Virus record (IMG/VR): IMGVR_UViG_3300020707_000002
Source: a virus
Strand: one strand, 5' to 3'
DNA length: 38,810 nucleotides
Made by a program: the position numbers and the translations under genes. The notes beneath the pieces are model-generated. The model was not told where the DNA came from and searched no databases. It worked only from the letters and a program-made list of their open reading frames with translations. Each line of letters begins with the position of its first letter. Within the stretch, counting starts at the first letter, position 1. Of the stretch, positions 32,156 to 38,810 are shown piece by piece.

Positions 32156-32773
32156 ATGAGCAACGCCATATTTCCGGTATTACCCGGCATTACATGGGAC
32201 ACAATTAAGACACCGATATTCAACACCGTCACCAAAAAGGCGGTATCCGGCAGAGAGACGCGGGTCGCGTACATGGCTACCCCCATGTACACGTTTAAGC
32301 TTAATTTCGAGTTCCTTAGGGACAAGATGAGCGAGCAGGTTCCAGCGTCTCCGTTCGACGAACTCAAACAGCTCATGGGGTTTTTCATCAGCAGACAGGG
32401 CTCATTCGACTCGTTTTTGTTTGAGGACACGACAGACAACCTCGCGACAAGCCAGCAGTTTGGTACTGGAAACGGCTCAACAACCACGTTTCAGCTTGCC
32501 AGAGATTTCGGTGGAGGAACAAGTTTTCTTGAGCCGGTTATGAACATCAACGGCACACCAACCATCACCGGCGGTTCAGTTGCGTCAATCAGCAGTACAG
32601 GAATGGTCACATTTTCATCAGCTCCGGCAAATGGTACGGCGTTGATCTGGACAGGAAACTACTATTTCAGGTGCCGTTTCGATACCGACACAACCGATTT
32701 TCAGCAGCTTATGCAGGACTACTGGACAAACGGCGGCTTGACATTGTACGGCTCACTCAGCAACAAATTATAA
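32156..32773 (+). CDS. Distal tail protein, DUF2460 (TIGR02217, RcGTA g12-like)
   Basis: IFPVLPGITWDTIKTPIFNT..SGRETRV...FFISRQGSFDSFLFEDTTD matches the DUF2460 pattern. Confidence 0.75.
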   Translation: MSNAIFPVLPGITWDTIKTPIFNTVTKKAVSGRETRVAYMATPMYTFKLNFEFLRDKMSEQVPASPFDELKQLMGFFISRQGSFDSFLFEDTTDNLATSQQFGTGNGSTTTFQLARDFGGGTSFLEPVMNINGTPTITGGSVASISSTGMVTFSSAPANGTALIWTGNYYFRCRFDTDTTDFQQLMQDYWTNGGLTLYGSLSNKL

Positions 32774-33663
32774 TGAAAACACCTACAGGGAGCCTCACCA
32801 GCGCATATTTATTAACCAACAGCCAGTTTATTGTTGTTGATCTTTACACCCTCTCAGTAGTCAATACAGCATGGGCAAGCGGCCTGTCCGTAACCTACAC
32901 CAATTACTACTATTCCGGCTCAGATTACGATGTAGTAAATGGAGGACATACGTTCAAAGGCAACGATGCAATTTTCTCACGCGACGGATTAAAACAGACG
33001 ATAGGGCTGGAAGTCGCAACGATGAACATCACGATCAATGCTACCGCATCGATGCTTGTTCTTGGAGTCCCATTCATGCAGGCGATAACTCAGGGAGTAC
33101 TGGACGGGGCCTTGGTTAAGGTAGATCGCGCATTTCTCAACACGGACCATTCTGTTATCGGGACGGTCAATTGGTTTACCGGGCACGTTGCCAAGGCTTC
33201 ACCAAGCCGGAACGGAGCCTCAATTACGATCAACTCTTTGACTGACCGACTGAACGTCAACGTTCCTCGAAACGTCTACCAGTCGGCCTGCCAGAATTCG
33301 CTTTATGATGGAGCTTGCACTTTATCGAGATCCTCATATTCCGTAGCAGGAACCGTAAGTACGATCACCGGCACGAGTCTCACAATTTCAGGGGCCGCGG
33401 CAAGCCAATCGGCGGGATACTGGACTCAGGGAGGTATAATCTTTACGTCTGGAGCGGCAAACGGTGAAGCAAGAACTGTAAAGTCATGGGTAGGTGGGGT
33501 TCTTACTCTTCTCAGTCCATTCCCTGTATCTCCGGTAGCAGGCGACACGTTTATGATTTATGCGGGATGCGACAAACAGCTTACGACATGCCAGACAAAA
33601 TTCAGTAATGGCGCGAATTTTAAAGGGCAACCGTTTGTGCCAATACCAGAAACGGTTGTATGA
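32773..33663 (+). CDS. Tail-tip protein, DUF2163 plus BR0599 C-terminal domain (RcGTA g13-like)
   Basis: Start taken at the TAATG overlap (MKTPTGSL...). The C-terminal GGIIFTSGAANGEARTV...AGCDKQLTTCQTKFSNGANFKGQPFVP matches the phage_BR0599 motif. Confidence 0.8.
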   Translation: MKTPTGSLTSAYLLTNSQFIVVDLYTLSVVNTAWASGLSVTYTNYYYSGSDYDVVNGGHTFKGNDAIFSRDGLKQTIGLEVATMNITINATASMLVLGVPFMQAITQGVLDGALVKVDRAFLNTDHSVIGTVNWFTGHVAKASPSRNGASITINSLTDRLNVNVPRNVYQSACQNSLYDGACTLSRSSYSVAGTVSTITGTSLTISGAAASQSAGYWTQGGIIFTSGAANGEARTVKSWVGGVLTLLSPFPVSPVAGDTFMIYAGCDKQLTTCQTKFSNGANFKGQPFVPIPETVV

Positions 33664-34079
33664 GAGAAAAAGTAATCCAGGAAGCCAGGACATGGTTATC
33701 GACACCTTACCATCACCACGCCGCCATCAAGGGGGTAGGAGTGGACTGCGCACAGATACTCATCGAAGTTTATGCCGCAGCCGGAGTTGTTGAGAAAGTT
33801 GATGTTGGAGACTACCCTCACGATTGGCATCTGCATCGAGCAGAGGAAAAGTATCTGTGGTGGATTAAAAAGTATTGCAGGAAAATAACTGTCCCGAAAA
33901 TGGGGGATATAGCACTTTTCACTTTTGGCCGATGCGTCTCTCATGCTGCGATTATTGTCAATTGGCCGGGAGAGCTTATCCACTCATATATCAGACAAGG
34001 GGTTGTTCTTGCGGCTGCAGACGATGCGGAACTCAGGGGCAGGTTACATTCATTTTGGCGACCAAAAGGATTAAAGTAA
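33660..34079 (+). CDS. NlpC/P60-family tail-associated cell-wall peptidase (RcGTA g14 / lambda K-like)
   Basis: Catalytic Cys context GVGVDCAQ and His context VSHAAII. ATGA overlap with the upstream gene. Confidence 0.8.
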   Translation: MREKVIQEARTWLSTPYHHHAAIKGVGVDCAQILIEVYAAAGVVEKVDVGDYPHDWHLHRAEEKYLWWIKKYCRKITVPKMGDIALFTFGRCVSHAAIIVNWPGELIHSYIRQGVVLAAADDAELRGRLHSFWRPKGLK

Positions 34080-37000
34080 ATGGCTGGATTATTTGTTCAT
34101 ACGCCTTCAAGCAACTCTTCAGTGCAACCTGCAGCCCTCGGGCTGTCAGTTTCGACTTCTGTCTACGGTTTAACGCTCCCTGTGATTTATGGAGCAACAA
34201 GAGTTCCTGGGAATATGATATGGTACGGAGCTTTCACAGCTACGCCACAGTATACTCAGTCAAGCTCAGGAAAGGGCGGAGGAAGCCAGACAACTCAGAC
34301 AGGGTATGGATATTCCGCGTCATTTATGCTCGGCCTCAGCGAAGGCCCAATAAATAGCATTAACGCTGTCTGGAATAACGGGGTTCTCGACACAACAGAC
34401 ACGTTCACGACGTTTACCGGTGGTTCTTCTCAATCCGCTTGGGGATACTTGACAACGCTGGATTCAGCAAAATCATTAGCATATAGGAACGTTGCTTATA
34501 TCGCGGCAGCAAATTTTAACCTTGGCGGATCTCCTTCTTTGCCTCAGCTAACATTTGAAGTTTTTGGCCATGGATACGGCTCAAGCGTCACAGCCGTGCC
34601 GGACGTCGATACAGTATTCATCATCACCGATTTATTAACCAATTCTCGATACGGAGCGGGGTTTCCTTCCGCAAATATCGGCACATGGACAAGCTACAAG
34701 GCATATTGTATAGCAAACGGCCTGCTCTTTTCGCCATCGTACGATACATCCGCAACAGCAGCAAAAGCGATAACCGAACTACTGGCATTGACGAACTCAG
34801 AGGCGTATTTCAGCGAAGGGCTTTTGAAGATCACGCCATACGGGGATACCGCAATAACTGCAAACGGTTACACCTACACACCTAATGTCACGCCAATCTA
34901 TGAGCTTGGAGACGATGCGTTTCTTGCAAGCGCATCGGATCCAGTGTTGATTGAAAGGGGATCACAGGCGGATGCTTATAACCAGGTCGATATCGAGTGT
35001 CTCGACAGATCAAACAGCTACAACAAATCGTCTATAAGAGCAACCGATCAGGTTAATATTGACGTTTACGGACTTCGAGCGATGTCTGGTGTCACTGCTC
35101 ATCAGATATGTAATACCAGTATCGCACAATCATGCGCGCAGCTTGTCTTGCAGCGTAATTTGTATATCAGAAATAAATATACCTTTACCCTTCCAATAAA
35201 TTACATCTTGCTTGAGCCTACCGATTATGTAACGCTTGATGATTCGGCTCTCGGACTTGTGCAAACCCCTGTCAGGATTTTGACGATTGACGAAAGCGGA
35301 GACGAGTTATTGATCACGGCAGAAGACGCTCCTCCTGGTGTTGGCTCTCATGCGATCTATGGCACGCAATCCGGCGGCGGTGGCGGGGTAAACAACCTTG
35401 TCCAGCCGGGAAACACGGGCACCCCAAATATTTTTGTGCCTCCGAGCGTATTGACGGCGACAGGGCTTGAAGTCTGGATGGGAGCTTATGGAGTAACTCC
35501 ATCGACATGGGGAGGTTGTGAAGTATGGGTGAGTTATGACAACGTAAGTTACGGATATGTTGGATCAATAGATTCTCCAGCAAGAATGGGAACGCTAACA
35601 GCGACACTTGCGACCGGAACCGATCCCGACACTACAAACACGCTATCGGTCAATGTCCTGAGTGGTCAACCGATGGGAAGCGCCACATTTGCAGAGTGGA
35701 ACAATTACGCGAGCCTTACGCTTGTTGATAGCGAATACATTGCATACCAGACAGCAACTCTCACATCAGCAAACCGATACAATCTCACCCTCCTGCACCG
35801 CGGACTTTATGGGTCATCAATTGCCAGTCATACGTCAAGCGCGCCATTTGTTCGAGTTGATTCCGCAATGTTCAAAATGCCGATCACGCCAGACAAGATC
35901 GGGCAAACGATCTACGTCAAACTGCCAGCTTATAATCAATTTGGATCGCAGTTGCAGCAGCTTTCAGTCTGTACCCCGACAACTTTCACGATAGGGATTA
36001 GTCAGGTTCCAACGCTTACAGGGATTGTGTTAACTCCTGTTTATGGGGGGTTTACCATAAAATACACGGCGCCGACACAAGCCGACTTTGGTGGGGTAAA
36101 CGTCTACATGAGCACAACAAGCGGATTCACGCCCGGGAGTGGAAACCTTGTCTATTCAGGCCCTGACAGTTTAATCACCATAACAACCGACGCTGCAGGG
36201 TCAGCGCTTGTTGCGGGCACTACCTATTATGTCCGGGTTGCAGGGTATACAAAAACAAGTAAGGCCAATATGAGCTACAGCGCAGAGTACAGCGTTGTGC
36301 CGATCATGGCTTCAAAAACCGCTGTTGCGTCGCTTTACCAGTGGTCAACAGCGACACCTCCAAACCCTTCAGGAACATCAACATTTACGTGGTCAACTTA
36401 CGCAAGCTCGGCCTACACCGGAGCAGGCGGATGGTCGGTAACGGCTCCGGTGAACCCCGGGACGCCCGTTATGCAGTTATGGATCGCAAATAAAGTAGTC
36501 AGTGATAACGCTTCAGCGACGACAACGACCGTGAGCTGGGCATCTGGTTTTTCATTGCTTGTTGCTGGAGCAAACGGAGCAAACGGAGCAAACGGGACAA
36601 GCGGGTATCAATCTGCAAGTCCTACTGTATATCAGTGGGCGGCGACAATTCCGGCTGCACCAGCAGGATCTGCAACTTACACATGGTCAACCGGACTATT
36701 CGGAGCAGCGCCATCAGGATGGTCATTGCCTGCAGGTACATCACCATCTGCCGGATATACCTTGTGGGCAGCAAAGGTATCAATAACAGATTCCGCGACA
36801 GCGACAACAACATCCTTCAACTGGACTTCATCATCCATCACATCGGCTGGATATGCAGGTACAAATGGAGCTTCAGGACTTAGCTACTACACCGCGGACG
36901 TTTTCAAGCAAGCGGCATCAGCTCCATCAGCACCGACCGGAGGGGTGTTCGACTTCACAAGCAACATCCTGACACCTCCATCGGGTTGGTCGGTCAGTGC

Positions 37001-38780
37001 ACCATCCGTCACAACGACGCCAACATGGTATTGCCAATACACTTTTAACGGTACAGGAGTGGTCACTGCTACAACATGGAGTACGCCTGTAGAAGATGCC
37101 GTAGCCGGGGCCAATGGGTCGCAGATGTATACAGTCTGGCTTTATCAGCAGGCTACCACATCGCCCGTAGTCCCAAGCGGGACGATCACCTGCACTTTTG
37201 CAACAGGAGCGTTGAGCGGAGGGACGATGGGTAGCTGGAGCACGTCACATCCAGCGTCGAGCACGACGCCAGTGTACATGACGATGGCCACGTTTACGGG
37301 CACGGCTCCGGCGACAACAAGCTCTAATGGTATATGGAGTAGTCCTGTGATTGTTGCTCAGAATGGTACGTCGAACGGAAACCTCTGTTATAATTCTGCA
37401 TTTGACAATGGGTTAGATGGTTGGACATATAATATATGGGACAGCGGTCGATCAGTACATTATTCTTCAGGAGCTGATCTTTCTTATATGTATCCGATTG
37501 GCGGCCATGCCGGATACATATATCAAAACGATACAGTAACGTCAGGCTATGCAGAGTTAGTAAGCAACTCAATTCCAGTCGTAGCTGGAAATAATTATGA
37601 ATATCAAGCAAAAACCGGCTCTCAAAGATGCACTGGCGGAGTATCCGTATTTCTCTATTGGTATAATTTAAGTGACACATGTATCGGAGTGTCAACTCAA
37701 TATTATAATAACAATGAAAAAGCTGGCGGAAATACATTAGCAAGCTTTGGTATAACTGGAGGATTTGCGACTGCTCCTACCGGTTCCGTAACAGCGAGAC
37801 TATCTGTTAGGAAGTATGATACAGTGAGCTGGGCAGCCGATAGCTTTATGGCTGTAACGCAGGTATTATTTGCATCGGCTCCATCAGGACAAACCGTACT
37901 ATCTAACTGGTCTCCAACGGCATCACAGGGCGTATCGGGGGCCTCCGGGTTGCAAGGTGCGTCGTACCGAACAGCATATATGGCATCAGCAACGACGGCA
38001 CCGGGTTCATCCCCAAACCCTGAAATCGATACAGGAAGCACTACCGTACCATCAAGCTATTGGGGTTTGAGTGGAACATGGGGAACCACCGTACCGACGT
38101 TAACAGCAGGGCAGTTCTTATATTCATCTGACGGCATTTATAATCCAGCGACGAACCAGACGACATGGTCAATACCGTACTGGACGAGCCTGAAGGTTGG
38201 CAGCTTGTCAGCGATAACCATCAACACCGGAAACCTTACCGTCACCGGCACGATACAAGGCAATACCGCAGCGATAAGCGGGACGACGATGACCGGAGCG
38301 GGATATGTTTGGTATTCCTCCGGACAATATGCTCTGGGAAATTCGGCCACCAATATAACGTTTAACGGCACGACAGGAACGTTAAACGGTAACTGGGTAG
38401 CGACAGGGAATTTATTTAATAACGCTGCAACGGCTATGTTGAGCGCTTCTGCCTATGCATGGGGGGTGGTCACATTAGCCGTTACAATAAGTACGAATGA
38501 TTTGCCATTAGGGTCATCGACAGTGCCAATAGTTATTACAGCCGCTCAAGACGTTGGATCTCAAGCCTATTTTGATATAGGGGTTAATACCTCGAATTTC
38601 CGGGATGCTGGTAATTTATTTAACTCATTCCCGCCATACGGTGGAACTTATTCTATGACGATTATTTACAATGCGACACCTGACACGTATTATTTTAGTT
38701 GTTTTAATCACGGGACAGGAAATAACTATGACTCAATAACAAGAGTCAGAACAATAACCGCAATTATAGGGAAGCGATGA
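34080..38780 (+). CDS. Host-specificity protein / central tail fibre (1566 aa)
   Basis: The N-terminal roughly 640 aa is J/GTA-g15-like. An FN3-like segment lies at about 36007..36260, followed by four tandem modules of about 85 aa, a carbohydrate-binding-module-like jelly roll and a C-terminal domain. The stop lies inside the terminal repeat and overlaps the chaperone ATG. Confidence 0.9.
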   Translation: MAGLFVHTPSSNSSVQPAALGLSVSTSVYGLTLPVIYGATRVPGNMIWYGAFTATPQYTQSSSGKGGGSQTTQTGYGYSASFMLGLSEGPINSINAVWNNGVLDTTDTFTTFTGGSSQSAWGYLTTLDSAKSLAYRNVAYIAAANFNLGGSPSLPQLTFEVFGHGYGSSVTAVPDVDTVFIITDLLTNSRYGAGFPSANIGTWTSYKAYCIANGLLFSPSYDTSATAAKAITELLALTNSEAYFSEGLLKITPYGDTAITANGYTYTPNVTPIYELGDDAFLASASDPVLIERGSQADAYNQVDIECLDRSNSYNKSSIRATDQVNIDVYGLRAMSGVTAHQICNTSIAQSCAQLVLQRNLYIRNKYTFTLPINYILLEPTDYVTLDDSALGLVQTPVRILTIDESGDELLITAEDAPPGVGSHAIYGTQSGGGGGVNNLVQPGNTGTPNIFVPPSVLTATGLEVWMGAYGVTPSTWGGCEVWVSYDNVSYGYVGSIDSPARMGTLTATLATGTDPDTTNTLSVNVLSGQPMGSATFAEWNNYASLTLVDSEYIAYQTATLTSANRYNLTLLHRGLYGSSIASHTSSAPFVRVDSAMFKMPITPDKIGQTIYVKLPAYNQFGSQLQQLSVCTPTTFTIGISQVPTLTGIVLTPVYGGFTIKYTAPTQADFGGVNVYMSTTSGFTPGSGNLVYSGPDSLITITTDAAGSALVAGTTYYVRVAGYTKTSKANMSYSAEYSVVPIMASKTAVASLYQWSTATPPNPSGTSTFTWSTYASSAYTGAGGWSVTAPVNPGTPVMQLWIANKVVSDNASATTTTVSWASGFSLLVAGANGANGANGTSGYQSASPTVYQWAATIPAAPAGSATYTWSTGLFGAAPSGWSLPAGTSPSAGYTLWAAKVSITDSATATTTSFNWTSSSITSAGYAGTNGASGLSYYTADVFKQAASAPSAPTGGVFDFTSNILTPPSGWSVSAPSVTTTPTWYCQYTFNGTGVVTATTWSTPVEDAVAGANGSQMYTVWLYQQATTSPVVPSGTITCTFATGALSGGTMGSWSTSHPASSTTPVYMTMATFTGTAPATTSSNGIWSSPVIVAQNGTSNGNLCYNSAFDNGLDGWTYNIWDSGRSVHYSSGADLSYMYPIGGHAGYIYQNDTVTSGYAELVSNSIPVVAGNNYEYQAKTGSQRCTGGVSVFLYWYNLSDTCIGVSTQYYNNNEKAGGNTLASFGITGGFATAPTGSVTARLSVRKYDTVSWAADSFMAVTQVLFASAPSGQTVLSNWSPTASQGVSGASGLQGASYRTAYMASATTAPGSSPNPEIDTGSTTVPSSYWGLSGTWGTTVPTLTAGQFLYSSDGIYNPATNQTTWSIPYWTSLKVGSLSAITINTGNLTVTGTIQGNTAAISGTTMTGAGYVWYSSGQYALGNSATNITFNGTTGTLNGNWVATGNLFNNAATAMLSASAYAWGVVTLAVTISTNDLPLGSSTVPIVITAAQDVGSQAYFDIGVNTSNFRDAGNLFNSFPPYGGTYSMTIIYNATPDTYYFSCFNHGTGNNYDSITRVRTITAIIGKR
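36318..37378 (+). repeat. Four tandem divergent modules of about 85 aa within the fibre, each closed by a short collagen-like G-x-x run
   Basis: Module starts are LYQWSTATPPNPSG, VYQWAATIPAAPAG, VFKQAASAPSAPTG and WLYQQATTSPVVPSG. Each has a later GW(S) and an aromatic core. The linkers are GANGANGANGTSG, GTNGASG, GANGS and NGTSNG. Confidence 0.8.
36570..36596 (+). repeat. 9-bp tandem DNA repeat (gcaaacgga x3) encoding (G-A-N)3
   Basis: Read directly: ggagcaaacggagcaaacggagcaaacggg. Confidence 0.9.
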
Positions 38781-38810
38781 ACTATATAATCTATAATTCC
38801 AATACAGGAC
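38684..38810. repeat. Terminal direct repeat, copy 2 (identical to 1..127)
   Basis: See copy 1. It contains the last 97 nt of the fibre gene and the first 34 nt of the chaperone gene. Confidence 0.97.

Larger units (their letters stand above)
1..38683. mobile_element. Complete temperate tailed-phage genome (siphovirus-like), one unit length of a circular or circularly permuted molecule
   Basis: The ends of the window are identical over 127 bp. A full set of integration, immunity, replication, packaging, head, tail and lysis genes lies in one co-oriented array. Confidence 0.85.

Noticed and set aside
38684-38810. The 127-bp terminal repeat as a biological direct terminal repeat or LTR-like element.
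   Set aside because: The repeat boundary falls in the middle of coding sequence and has no packaging-site features. Its length equals a common assembler maximum k-mer. Circular-assembly overlap is the simpler reading, though it remains testable with reads.

Overview
The first 127 bp (1..127) are identical to the last 127 bp (38684..38810). The window is therefore one closed unit, 38,683 bp unique, of a circular or circularly permuted replicon. The content is a complete temperate tailed phage: siphovirus-type, with an HK97-fold capsid, a long tape measure protein and a GTA/lambda-J-like tail tip. The host is Gram-negative, judged from an outer-membrane beta-barrel gene, a lipobox lipoprotein and a spanin-like pair. 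Almost every gene is on the + strand; the only convincing minus-strand gene is a CI-like repressor.

Module order:
- fibre chaperone, an orphan late protein and the lysis cassette (94..2806)
- candidate attP region and tyrosine integrase (2807..4349)
- a visibly more A+T-rich accessory island (4350..8540)
- the divergent immunity switch (8544..9171)
- early, recombination and replication genes (9252..18687): Gp157-like protein, ssDNA-annealing protein, HNH-like protein, VirE-type primase/helicase, an iteron-rich candidate origin, SF2 helicase, VRR-NUC nuclease and SSB
- packaging and head genes (18821..26446): small and large terminase, portal, Mu-F-like protein, protease-scaffold and capsid
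- connector and tail genes (26450..38780), ending in a 1566-aa host-specificity protein

I recognised no tRNA, rRNA, CRISPR array, reverse transcriptase or methyltransferase.

The most interesting observations are:
1. A moron pair in the accessory island: an outer-membrane beta-barrel protein plus an RTX/DUF4214 protein. The second carries one copy of the same roughly 85-aa module that is repeated four times in the phage's own tail fibre.
2. A conserved promoter-like box present three times, once in front of each of the three late transcription units.
3. Two tandem, extremely acidic proteins next to the integrase.
4. An ACTACA iteron array with an AT-rich core between the two helicase genes.
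5. A G7 slippery run that would give a G/GT-type tail-chaperone frameshift.

All family names come from motif recognition by eye, not from database searches.
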